A stretch of 64,000 nt of DNA, taken from Eledone cirrhosa (lineage: Eukaryota). Under the pieces are notes generated by a model. The model searched no databases. It had not been told where the DNA came from and was given only the letters and a program-made list of their open reading frames with translations. The translations under genes and the position numbers were made by a program. The stretch lies in assembly GCA_964016885.1 (NCBI GenBank), contig OZ024743.1, positions 376,960,001 to 377,024,000 on the forward strand, given 5' to 3'. This document shows positions 42,646 through 56,900 of the stretch, piece after piece. Each line of letters starts with the position of its first letter. Position 1 is the first letter of the stretch.

Positions 42646-45600
42646 ATGGCTGTCTTAAGAGTAGGTTGTCTAAATGCGCGTGGCCTGGGCTCACCTTGGA
42701 AGCAAGCTAAACTTCTAAGTGACCTCAGGTCACAATGTATAAATGTGATGGTTATTTGCGAGGCCCGGATCAGCAGCATGCGACAGCTAGCCCCCACCTT
42801 TGATGACTTTGAGATGCACGCATCTCTCTGTCAGCCCGGGGGTGGGGGTGGGGTTGTCGTTCTGCTGCAAAAACATCTGGGTCTCGCTACACAGACGGTA
42901 CACTTGGACCCGGAGGGTCGACTCGTGGTTCTGGACCTTGGCAATGGTGAAGGCGAAGCTTTTAGGCTTGTCGCCGTATACGCCCCTTTTGGGGCAATGC
43001 GGTCGGACTTCTTCCATCGTCTGGAGACTTTTCTAAGGACGTCCCGCTCCTTGCTTTTAGTGGGGGACTGGAATGGTATCCTAGATGCACGTTGGGACTA
43101 TGTAGGGGCATGTCCCGATAGAGGGGGGTGTAACAGCCTTAAGGGGTTAATCGGCCGATTTGACCTGGCCGATAGATACCGACTAGATTTTCCAACTGTG
43201 CCAATCTGGACTTGGTCAAATAACAGTGGTCAATCTAGATCGTACCTAGATAGGTTCTTAGTTAGAATTAAGGATAGGGACTTTTTAAGTTGTCCAGAAA
43301 TGCTCATGGTGGGCTAGTCAGACCACAAGTTAGTGACCTGCGTAGTCTACCTTGATAGAACGCATAGGCAGAGGCCCGGTTACTGGAAGCTCAACTTGTC
43401 CTTACCGGCAAGTAGAGCTTACAGGCAAGTAGAGCTTACAGGGACCGGATTAGAACCTTAGTTAAGGAGCGGTTGACGGGCGCCATCGTCAACAACAGGT
43501 GCTGGGGCTCTCTAAAAAGAGAGATTAGAGTAGTTTCAATAGGAGTTAGTAAGGAGTTAGCCTCAGAGGAAGGAAAGGGAGTTGGTAGTTAATGTTGAAG
43601 AGGCAATGAGAAGCGGCAACGTGGCCAGAGTGCAAGCGTCGAGAACGGTCTTGAACCAGTTCTTCGACGCGAAACACGAAGGCTGCGTTGTCCGAAGCAA
43701 AATACGTGCTCTGGGAAACGAGGGGACCAAAGCTGTTAGCTGGGCCCGCGTGACAGAAGCGAAAAGTGGGATTAAATCCACTATCCGGTCTTTGCGAGAC
43801 CAGGATGGACGGGTGATCCTTGAACCTAAGCAAATGTGCGAGGCCTTTCAAAGGCACTTTGCTCAATTGTTCGGGAGGGGCGGGGGGCCGGTTGGGGATG
43901 TGGATTTCGGTCCATACCTCGACGGCCTGCCGCGTCTTTCGGACAGGGAGGCGAGGTCCTGCGACGGGCCGATCTCAGCTGCTGAAATAGGGGACGTGCT
44001 GAGCCTATGCGGCAAACGCAAATCTCCAGGGCTCGATGGTCTGCCCTACGAACTATATATTAATATGCCGGATTTGTTCCCCGATCTCCTCGAGGCGGTC
44101 TACTGCAACTGGCAACAGAACGGGAGAATTCCCTGTTCTGTGACCAAGGGCGTAGTCTCGCTAGTGAGGAAGGACGAGAACAAGGGGGATGACATTAGTA
44201 ATTTTAGGCCCATAACTCTGCTAAATGCAGAGTTAAAGATTTTGGCCAAGGTGTTAGCGAAGAGGTTGGCGCTTGTCGTGGGGGCCTGGTGGGAGATGCG
44301 CAGACATGCGCCATCCCGTCCAGGTCCATCCACGACAACCTCCACCTCATGCGATACATCATAGAGAGGGTTGGGAACGAACCCGGCTTTGGTGGGGCCC
44401 TGATAAATTTAGATCAGTCTAAAGCGTTCGATAGGGTGGACCATGGTTACCTGGATGCGGTGCTAGCGACGGCTGGGTTCGGACCCGTTTTCAGGGGCTG
44501 GATCACTGCCATGCACAGCAGCCGCATCTGCTCTAGAGTCAAGGTGAACGGCTACCTTTCGGAGCCGTTCGAAATCACCCGCTCCATCCGACAGGGATGC
44601 CCTCTCTCCTCCCTTCTGTATGTATTGGCTCTCGAGCCACTACTGCGGAAGTTGGAGTTGTTGCAGGGCATCCCTTTGGAACTGGGATTGCGCAAAGCGG
44701 TGTCGGCCTATGCCGATGACGTAACAGTAATGGCGTCGACCACCTCGGAAATCGAGGCAATCGGCACCTTACTGGAGGAGTACGAAAGGTTGACAGGGGC
44801 TAAGCTGAACCGGGACAAGTCAGTCGCTTTGCAACTCGGCGAGTGGAGGGGCAAAGCGATGTCGTGCGACGGTATCGTCGGACGGTGGACGGATGGCCCG
44901 GTGAAGTTGCTTGGGGTCTGGTTCGGACCGGACCTCCAGGTGGAGAAAAACTGGGGTGAGGTGACGAATAGGGTGTTTGCACTGACCCAGAAGTGGGCCG
45001 AGTGCAAACTATCCCTGAAAGGTCGGGCGGAGGTGGCGAACGCTTACATAGCGTCCGTCATCTATTACCGCTTGACTGTCGTGCCTTGCCCGGGTGAGAT
45101 CCTCGCCAAAATGGAGCGCGCCCTCTTTTATTTCCTTTGGAAAAAGAGGTCTCCTCTGGTGAGGAGATCCATCTGCTATCAACACCCTTTGAAAGGAGGG
45201 CTGGGGATGCCGTGGCTAAAAATGCGTAAACACGCATTGGGGCTAAGGCACCTCCAGGTATTCCTCACCGGTCAACCGGTGTGGGCCCCGTTTGTGAGGC
45301 GAGCCTTCCCGAGGCTCGTCTCGCTCACCGAGCTGCAGTCCTGGGTGAAGCAAAGACCGAGAGAACTGGGCGACTGGCACACCGAGTGTGCCCAGGCGCT
45401 CACGACTCTTTGGCAGGCGGACCCGGCTATCGACGGAGACTCCACCTCGTCATTCTATAGAGGGCTGGTGGTTAGCGGGTGCGACGACGCCCTCGGAGAA
45501 ACCCTAGGCATGGAGGAGGACGAACTTGCCAGTCTATTCGGTAGGACTTTCGGCCCGGGACCTATGGACAACTTCCAGAAGTCCTTGGCCTGGCAGTGCT

Positions 45601-46095
45601 ACCGAGGGGCTCTGTCCGTTCGGGATAAGCTCTACAGACACGGGCGCCCGGGTAGGGACCCCTCGAAAAAGATCTGTCCCAGATGCGTGCGCGACGAGGA
45701 AATCGTCGCGCACGCATTGGTGCACTGCCCGCCCGGGCGTTGCCGATCTGTGGGGCTATGTCGAACAACTGCTGTCACGGGTGGGACCAATTAGGTTGAC
45801 CACCGAGTCCATTGTAACGATGAAGCCGCCTCCCCCCTTCAAAAATGAAGGAGAGGCGGTCTTCCTCTGTGTAATAGCCATGGTAAAAGAGGCTATATGG
45901 TGGACGCGTCTGAAAGGGCTGAGGTCGGACACCTTTCTCTCCGGCCAACAACTGGTCCTTTTCTTCCGATACCATTTCGGAAGAAGGATCAGGATGGAGA
46001 GAGAGGTGCTCCACTCCAGCCAGTTTTATGAAAGGTGGGTGAAAGTTGCGAGAATGGCCCGTGTGAATGGGCCTTCTCTCTACCTCAGCCTGTAG
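42646..46095 (+). pseudogene. LINE ORF2 (AP endonuclease + reverse transcriptase + C-terminal Zn finger), disabled
   Basis: NARGL, GDWN, SYLDRF, SDH, SPGLDGLP, FRPITLLN, RQGCPLS, YADD, CPRC...HALVHC. Stop at 43315-43317, 17-bp duplication 43407-43440, frameshifts near 43570, 44285 and 45735. Confidence 0.92.
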
Positions 46096-47001
46096 GTGGA
46101 ACAGGAAGAAGGGAGCACCCTCTCTTTGTGCTCCCGTGGAGAAGGGTCGCACACTTTTTTCGGGGGTGTGTGTGACCCCAAAACGATCCCTCCCTATTGA
46201 GGACCTTCTTGTTACTATTTTGTTTGTTATATTTTTCTTACTCGCTTTTTATGTAAACTCCCCCCACCCATGTACATGTCCCTTTCTTTTGTACCCTAGT
46301 GGCAAATAAACAGAAATTTGTCTGTCTGTCTGTATCTCTGTATGCATGTCTTCATGCCTTTCTGTCTGTCTGTGTGTCTGTGTGTCTGTGCAGCAGTAAT
46401 AATATATTAGCCATCATGCAGCAGAAATGAAAGAGGTCAGAGGTTAGTCCATATATCTTTGATAAATTTTGCGTGCTCGTGTGCGCATGCATGTGTATAT
46501 GTGTGCATGTGTAATAGTGTGAGAGTGTGAGTGTATGTGAGTATGTGTGTGCGCATGTGTGCCAGTCTATACATATATGTGTATTTGTGAGTGCATTTAT
46601 ATGTTTGTATATGCATGTGTTTGTCAGTGAATGTATATGTGTATATGTCTTTATATGTGTGCATATGTGAGTTTGTCAGTGTATGTATATGTGTATATGT
46701 CTTTACATGCGTGTATGTGTGAGTTTGTCAGTGTATGTGTGTCTTGTCTTTGATGTGTGCATTAGTTGAGCAGTAATCCCATCCTATCACTTACTGGGTT
46801 CAAATCTTCACAGGGACCTTCATTATCTGCCGTCAGTTCGTTCCGTAAACACTTCTGTTTCAAGAGAACCAACCAAATAAATAACATTCCAGAAACTTCC
46901 ATCAAATAAACCGACTTTACTACAAATCTCCAGTGATTTCTTCTCTGTTTTTCACTTGTATTTTGTTCCTTCGATATCATTGGCTGTTACAGTGTGGGTG
47001 A

Positions 47002-47570
47002 CACATGACCTCTCTCATCACATGTTCTCTGGTATCATATCACCTCTATCATCACGTGATCTCTCGTATCATATGGCCTCTGCTATCACATTCTCTCGTA
47101 TCACATGACCGCTCTCGTTGCATTCTCTCGTATCATATGACATCTCTCATCGCACGATCTCTCGTATCATATGACCTCTCTGATCACATGATCTTTCGTA
47201 TCATATCACCTCTCTTGTCACATGATCTCTCGTATCATATGACCACTCTCATCACACAATATCTCGTATCACATGACCTCTCTCATCACATATCTCGTAT
47301 CACATGACCTCTCTCATCACATGATGTCGCGTATTACATGACCTCTCTCATGACACTATCCTTCGTATCACATGACCTTTCTCATCACACGATATCTCGT
47401 ATCACATGACCTCTCTCATCACATGAGGTCTCGTATCACATGACCTCTCTCATGACACTATCCCTCGTATCCCATGACCTCTCTCATCACATGATCTCTC
47501 TTATCATATGACCTCTCTCATTACATGATATCTCGTATCACATGACCTCCACTATCGCATTCTCTCGTAT
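47002..47570. repeat. 17-bp minisatellite with alternating variants (34-bp dimer cacatgacctctctcat / cacatgatctctcgtat); a related ~32-bp repeat follows to ~47800
   Basis: Direct reading. Confidence 0.9.
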
Positions 47571-48450
47571 GTTCTGGTATCTACAATGAGATTGATGATA
47601 TCATCTCTCTCGTATGTCGTGATATTTACCATATGAGTGAATGATATCACCGCCTCCTTATGTTGGTCTATTTACAATGTGATATCACCTCTCTCCTATG
47701 TTGGACTATTTACAATGTGATATCACATCTCTCCTATGTTGAACTATTTACAATATAAGTAATGATATAACTTCTCTCCTATGTTAAGATATTTACAATG
47801 TATGTAGCTAATAATACATCGTCTCTTGCGTTTATTTTATTGACCTCAGGAAGACGGATAGAGAGATGTTTGCCTGGGCATGATTTGAACGTAAACAGAT
47901 GCAACCAAACAACACAAAGCATTTAGTTCAATGCTCTGCCGATCCTACTATCCACTCACGGTCTGTTAATGGGATATCAAATCCACTGTTTCTTATTGAA
48001 CTAATACGATCAATAAGTGACCACACCTTGCTCTAACAATGTATATATATACACACATATATATATATACATACATATATATACATATATATACATACAT
48101 ATATATGTATATATATACACATACACACATATATACATGTGTGTATGTATGTATGAATGCATATGTTATGCTATTTTAGCCGCCATCTTGAAATGGGTTT
48201 GCCAGATAGTAAAATCTCCATTATTTTGTACAATACAATGCAGAAACTATAAATGTGTTTTCTTTGACAAGGACTAAACCATTGTGAATTACATTTATAA
48301 TTTGTGAATTATGCTCACTAATTAATCCGATTTTTTGTGAATTAACTGTTTTTGTCGAAACAATATCTGTAACCAAGCAGAACAGCAGCAGAGCGTGAAA
48401 TACAATTTCTGGGGTATATATATGCATGCATATATATATATATGTATATG

Positions 48451-48548
<98 letters not shown>

Positions 48549-48676
48549 AATATATAAATATATATATATATAGATACATACATATATATATAGAGAGAGA
48601 GAGATACATACATATATACATACATACATACATACATACATACATACATACATACATACATACATACATACATACA

Positions 48677-48708
<32 letters not shown>

Positions 48709-49414
48709 GAGATAATTTAATATATCCACTAACATAAGCGCACAGATGTACGCTAATGCCAGCAAGTACACAGGTTATGTCATAGTACCTAGGTGGTTCA
48801 ATGCAGGAGGATGCAGAACAATAATATAACAGACGTAAAATAAGAAAATCTTTAAAAAAAATTTTTTTTTAAATTTTAACTTACTTACTTAAATTTTCAC
48901 TCCAACTAATTAGTTTCTGCAATGGGATAAAGACAGTTACGTAATCTAACTGTCGAGAATTCATTGCGTCATCAGGGAGTCTATTCTCAGCTAAGTCTCC
49001 AGGCAATGCGCGGACACCGGGGACTCATATAAAAATAATAATAATTCAGTAGATGGAACAGCTAGCGGGGACTGAATTCCATGCACTGAAATCCTCGCTG
49101 CTTCTGGTCAGTTATATATATATATGTGTGTGTGTGTGCAGGAGGTGATTTTTATTGTAGCACAATAAAGCAATGCAAATATCGGATAAGTAGCACTCTA
49201 CAGTTTGTAGGACTGGAGTATAAATAATATAAGATCAAAAGATGGTTAATTTAAAACTGTTGATTTAAAACTTCACTGCTCACAAGTGTTTTTTAAGCTT
49301 CATATCATGTCTCCCTATTTTATCTGATGAGAACGAAGATATCATCCCATGATGATATTTGTTTTTGAAATGCGCATAATAAAATACTTGGAAGTCTTTT
49401 AACCATCTTTTGAT

Positions 49415-49468
<54 letters not shown>

Positions 49469-49477
49469 CATACATAC

Positions 49478-49590
<113 letters not shown>

Positions 49591-49597
49591 TATATAT

Positions 49598-50305
<708 letters not shown>

Positions 50306-50653
50306 TGAAGTAGAAATATCTATATATATATATATACTTAAGTGGAAATATCCAAGAGTAAGCGCACTCAGTCCATAGGACGAGTTTAGTATAAATAATT
50401 ACAACAGTTACACAAATAGGTACTCAAGTTTCGTTGGGTTCTGGGACCCTTGATCTCACAATATAATTTTTTTTTAAAAAACCATTTTCTAAATTGCCTG
50501 CCCCTGCATAAACTCATATTATATTCCTAAAAGGAAAGCACAATCACCCTAGGCGGCCATCTTTGTTTATATTTTTCTCAGGCCAGGCTGAATGAGTTGG
50601 GGCCCAGAACCGAACGAAACTTGAGTACTTGTTTATGTCACTGTTGTAATTAC

Positions 50654-50736
<83 letters not shown>

Positions 50737-50744
50737 GTTATATA

Positions 50745-50951
50745 GAAAGAGTATGGTTTCCCTCCAAGGTACAAGCCTGAGCAAGGTTTGGTTTGTGGAA
50801 GAGCAGCAGTCACTCATGCATACTGGTCTCCCCTCTCCACGCCACCAACGTTGTCCAAGACAATGGCCGCTACAAGTCGGCAGCAGTGACGTTGCAACTC
50901 ATTTCTACAGTTAAGTAAACTGGAGCGACGTGAAATAAAGTGTCTTGCTCC
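50745..50951 (-). mobile_element. SINE-like repeat of a second family, truncated at the satellite boundary
   Basis: aactggagcgacgtgaaataaagtgtcttgctc resembles the reverse complement of a common SINE central domain (gagcaagacacttta), recalled rather than aligned. Confidence 0.55.
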
Positions 50952-53900
50952 AAAATAACCCTACAAACGTCCCTGACCCGAGTAAACTTCCTGGCCGCGA
51001 CTGGGGATTTAAAATAACCCTACAAACGTCCCTGACCCGAGTAAACTTCCTGGCCGCGACTGGGGATTTAAAATAACCCTACAAACGTCCCTGACCCGAG
51101 TAAACTTCCTGGCCGCGACTGGGGATTTAAAATAACCTTACAAACGTCCCTGATCCGAGTAAACTTCCTGGCCGCGACTGGGGATTTAAAATAACCCTAC
51201 AAACGTCCCTGACCCGAGTAAACTTCCTGGTCGCGACTGGGGATTTAAAATAACCCTACAAACGTCCCTGACTCGAGTAAACTTCCTGGCCGCGACTGGG
51301 GATTTAAAATAACCCTACAAACGTCCCTGACCCGAGTAAACTTCCTGGCTGCGACTGGGGATTTAAAATAACCTTACAAACGTCCCTGACCCGAGTAAAC
51401 TTCCTGGCCGCGACTGGGGATTTAAAATAACCCTCCAAACGTCCGCGAAATGAGAAAACTTCCTGGCCGCGACTGGGGATTTAAAATAACCCTACAAACG
51501 TCCCTGACCCGAGTAAACTTCCTGGCCGCGACTGGGGATTTAAAATAACCCTACAAACGTCCCTGACCCGAGTAAACTTCCTGGCCGCGACTGGGGATTT
51601 AAAATAACCCTACAAACGTCCCCGACCCGAGTAAACTTCCTGGTCGCGACTGAGGATTTAAAATAACCCTGCAAACGTCCCAGATCCGAGTAAACTTCCT
51701 GGCCGCGACTGGGGGATTTAAAATAACCCTACAAACGTCCCTGACCCGAGTAAACTTCCTGGCCGCGACTGGGGATTTAAAATAACCCTACAAATGTCTC
51801 TGACCCGAGTAAACTTCCTGGCCGCGACAGTGGATTTAAAATAACCCTACAAACGTCCCTGACCCGAGTATACTTCCTGGCTGCGACTGGGGATTTAAAA
51901 TAACCCTACAAACGTCGCTGACCCCAGTAAACTTCCTGGCCGCGACTGCGGATTTAAAATAACACTACAAACGTCCCTAACCCGAGTAAACTTCTTGGCC
52001 GCGACTGGGGATTTAAAATAACCCAACAAACGTCCCTGACCCGAGTAAACTTCCTGGCCGCACCTGGAGATTTAAAATAACCCTACAAACGTCCCTGACC
52101 CGAGTAAACTTCCTGGCCGCGACTGGGATTTAAAATAACCCTACAAACGTCCCTGACCCTAGTAAACTTCCTGGCCGCGACTGGGATTTTAAATAACCCT
52201 ACAAACGTCCCTGACCCGAGTAAATTTCCTGGCCGCGACTGGGGATTTAAAATAACCCTACAAACGTCCCTGACCCGAGTAAACATCCTGGCCGCGACCG
52301 GGATTTAAAATAACCCTACAAACGTCCCTGACCCGAGTAAACTTCCTGGCCGCTACTGGGGATTTAAAATAACAGTACAAACGTCCCTGACCCGAGTAAA
52401 CTTCTTGGCCGCGACTGGGGATTTAAAATAACCCTACAAACGTCCCTGACCCGAGTAAACTTCCTGGCCGCGACTGGGGATTTAAAATAACCCTACAAAC
52501 GTCTCTGACCAGAGTAAACTTCCTGGCCGCGACTGGGGATTTAAAATAACCCTACAAACGTCCCCGACCCGAGTAAACTTCCTGGTCGCGACTGAGGATT
52601 TAAAATAACCCTGCAAACGTCCCAGATCCGAGTAAACTTCCTGGCCGCGACTGGGGGATTTAAAATAACCCTACAAACGTCCCTGACCCGAGTAAACTTC
52701 CTGGCCGCGACTGGGGATTTAAAATAACCCTACAAACGTCTCTGACCCGAGTAAACTTCCTGGCCGCGACAGTGGATTTAAAATAACCCTACAAACATCC
52801 CTGACCCGAGTATACTTCCTGGCCGCGACTGGGGATTTAAAATAACCCTACAAACGTCGCTGACCCCAGTAAACTTCCTGGCCGCGACTGGGGATTTAAA
52901 ATAACCCTACAAACGTCCCTAACCCGAGTAAACTTTTTGGTCGCGACTGGGGATTTAAAATAACCCAACAAACGTCCCTGACCCGAGTAAACTTCCTGGC
53001 CGCACCTGGAGATTTAAAATAACCCTACAAACGTCCCTGACCCGAGTAAACTTCCTGGCCGCGACTGGGGATTTAAAATAACCCTACAAACGTCCATGTC
53101 CCTAGTAAACTTCCTGGCCGCGACTGGGATTTAAAATAACCCTACAAACGTCCCTGACCCGAGTAAACTTCCTGGCCGCGACTGGGGATTTAAAATAACC
53201 CTACAAACGTCCCTGACCCGAATAAACATCCTGGCCGCGACTGGGATTTAAAATAACCCTACAAACGTCCCTGACCCGAGTAAACTTCCTGGCCGCGACT
53301 GGGGATTTAAAATAACAGTACAAACGTCCCTGACCCGAGTAAACTTCTTGGCCGCGACTGGGAATTTAAAATAACCCTACAAACGTCCCTGACACGAGTA
53401 AACTTCCTGGTCGCGACTGGGGATTTAAAATAACCCTACAAACGTCCCTGACCCGAGTAAACTTCCTGGCGGCGACTGGGGATTTACAATAACCCTACAA
53501 TGGTTCCTGACCCGAGTAAACTTCCTGGCCGTGACTGGGGTTTTAAAATAACCCTACAAACGTCCCTGACCCGAGTAAACTTCCTGGCCGCGACTGGGGA
53601 TTTAAAATAACCCTACAAACGTTCCTGACCCGAGTAACCCTCCTGGCCGCGACTGGGGATTTAAAATAACCCTACAAACGTCCCTGACCCGAGTAAACTT
53701 CCTGGCCGCACCTGGAGATTTAAAATAACCCTACAAACGTCCCTGACCCGAGTAAACTTCCTGGCCGCGACTGGGGATTTAAAATAACCTTACAAACCTC
53801 CCTGATCCGAGTAAACTTCCTGGCCGCGACTGGGGATTTAAAATAACCCTACAAACGTTCCTGACCCGAGTAAACTTCCTGGTCGCGACTGGGGATTTAA

Positions 53901-56900
53901 AATAACCCTACAAACGTCCCTGATCCGAGTAACCTTCCTGGCCGCGACAGGGGATTTAAAATAACCCTACAAACGTCGCTGACCCCAGTAAACTTCCTGG
54001 CCGCGACTGCGAATTTGAAATAAGCCTACAAACGTCCCTAAACCGAGTAAACTTCTTGGCCGCGACTGGGGATTTAAAATAACCCGACAAATGTCCCTGA
54101 CCCGAGTAAACTTCCTGGCCGCATCTGGAGATTTAAAATAACCCTACAAACGTCCCTGACCCGAGTAAACTTCCTGGCCGCGACTGGGGATTTAAAATAA
54201 CCCTACAAACGTCCCTGACCCGAGTAAACTTCCTGGCCGCGACTGGGATTTAAAATAACCCTACAAACGTCCCTGACACGAGTAAACTTCCTGGTCGCGA
54301 CTGGGGATTTAAAATAACCCTACAAACGTCCCTGACCCGAGTAAACTTCCTGGCGGCGACTGGGGATTTACAATAACCCTACAATGGTCCCTGACCCGAG
54401 TAAAGTTCCTGGCTGTGACTGGGGTTTTAAAATAACCCTACAAACGTTACTGACCCGAGTAAACTTCCTGGCCGCGACTGGGGATTTAAAATAACCCTCC
54501 AAACGTCCCTGAAATGAGAAAACTTCCTGGCCGTGACTGGGGATTTAAAATAACCCTACAAACGTCCCTGATCCGAGTAAAATTCCTGGCCGCGACTGGG
54601 GATTGTAAATAACCCTACAAACGTCCCAGATCCGTGGAAACTTCCTGGCCGCGATTGGGGATTTAAAATAACCCTACAAACGTCCCTGACCCGAGTAAAC
54701 TTCCTGGCCGCGACTGGGGCTTTAAAATAACCCTACAAACGTTCCTGACCCGAGTAACCCTCCTGGCCGCGACTGGGGATTTAAAATAACCTTACAAACG
54801 TCCCTGATCCCAGTAAACTTCTTGGCCGCGACTGGGGATTTAAAATAACCCTACAAACGTCCCTGACCCGAGTAAACTTCCTGGTCGCGACTGGGGATTT
54901 GAAATAACCCTACAAACGTCCCTGACTCGAGTAAACTTCCTGGCCGCGACAGGGGATTTAAAATAACCCTACAAACGTCCCTGACACGAGTAAACTTCCT
55001 GGCTGCGACTGGGGATTTAAAATAACCTTACAAACGTCCCTGACCCGAGTAAACTTCCTGGCCGCGACTGGGGATTTAAAATAACCCTCCAAACGTCCCT
55101 GAAATGAGCAAACTTCCTGGCCGCGACTGGGGATTTAAAATAACCCTACAAACGTCCCTGACCCGAGTAAACTTCCTGGCCGCGACTGGGGATTTAAAAA
55201 AACCCTACAAACGTCCCTGACCCCAGTAAACTTCCTGGCCGCGACTGGGGATTTAAAATAACCCTACAAACGTCGCTGACTCCAGTAAACTCCCTGGCCG
55301 CGACTGGGGATTTAAAATAACCCTACAAACGTCCCTGACCCGAGTAAACTTCCTGGCCGCGACTGGGGATTTAAAATAACCCTACAAACGTCGCTGACCC
55401 CAGTAAACTTCCTAGCCGCGACTGTGGATTTAAAATAACCCTACAAACGTCCCTAACCCGAGTAAACTTCCTGGCCGCGACTGGGGATTTAAAATAACCC
55501 TACAAACGTCCCTGACCCGAGTAAACTTCCTGGCCGCACCTGGAGATTTAAAATAACCCTACAAACGTCCCTGACCCGAGTAAACTTCCTGGCCGCGACT
55601 GGGGATTTAAAATAACCTTACAAACGTTCCTGATCCGAGTAAACTTCCTGGCCGCGACTGGGGATTTAATATAACCCTACAAACGTCCCTGACTCGAGTA
55701 AACTTCCTGGCCGCGACTGGGCTTTTAAAATAACCCTACAACGGTCCCTGACGCGAGTAAACTTCCTGGCCCCGACTGGGGATTTAAAATAACCCTACAA
55801 ACGTCCCTGACCCGAGTAAACTTCCTGGCTGCGACTGGGGATTTAAAATAACCTTACAAACGTCCCTGACCCGAGTAACCCTCCTGGCCGCGACTGGGGA
55901 TTTAAAATAACCCTACAAACGTCCCTGACCCGAGTAAACTTCCTGGCCGCACCTGGAGATTTAAAATAACCCTACAAACGTCCCTGACCCGAGTAAACTT
56001 CCTGGCCGCGACTGGGGATTTAAAATAACCTTACAAACGTCCCTGATCCGAGTAAACTTCCTGGCCGCGACTGAGGATTTAAAATAACCCTACAAACGTC
56101 CCTGACCGGAGTAAACTTCCTGGTCGCGACTGGGGATTTAAAATAACCCTACAAACGTCCCTGACTCGAGTAAACTTCCTGGCCGCGACTGGGGATTTAA
56201 AATAACCCTACAAACGTCCCGGACCCGACGAAACTTCCTGGCTGCGACTGGGGATTTAAAATAACCTTACAAACGTCCCTGACCCGAGTAAACTTCCTGG
56301 CCGCGGCTGGGGATTTAAAATAACCCTCCAAACGTCCCTGAAATGAGAAAACTTCCTGGCCGCGACTGGGGATTTAAAATAACCCTACAAACGTCCCTGA
56401 CCCGAGTAACCTTCCTGGCCGCGACAGGGGATTTAAAATAACCCTACAAACGTCGCTGACCCCAGTAAACTTCCTGGCCGCGACTGCGGATTTGAAATAA
56501 GCCTACAAACGTCCCTAACCCGAGTAAACTTCTTGGCCGCGACTGGGGATTTAAAATAACCCAACAAACGTCCCTGACCCGAGTAAACTTCCTGGCCGCA
56601 ACTGGAGATTTAAAATAACCCTACAAACGTCCCTGACCCGAGTAAACTTCCTGGCCGCGACTGGGATTTAAAATAACCCTACAAACGTCCCTGACCCTAG
56701 TAAACTTCCTGGCCGCGACTGGGATTTTAAATAACCCTACAAACGTCCCTGACCCGAGTAAACTTCCTGGCCGCGACTGGGGATTTAAAAAACCCTACAA
56801 ACGTCCCTGACCCGAGTAAACATCCTGGCCGCGACTGGGATTTAAAATAACCCTACAAACGTCCCTGACCCGAGTAAACTTCCTGGCCGCTACTGGGGAT

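Larger units (their letters stand above)
40668..46318 (+). mobile_element. Near-full-length non-LTR retrotransposon, L1/Tx1 clade, within (TCTG)n
   Basis: 5' UTR, ORF1 with CCHC knuckle, ORF2 APE-RT-Zn finger, AATAAA at 46305-46310, no poly(A); tctg repeats on both sides. Confidence 0.92.
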
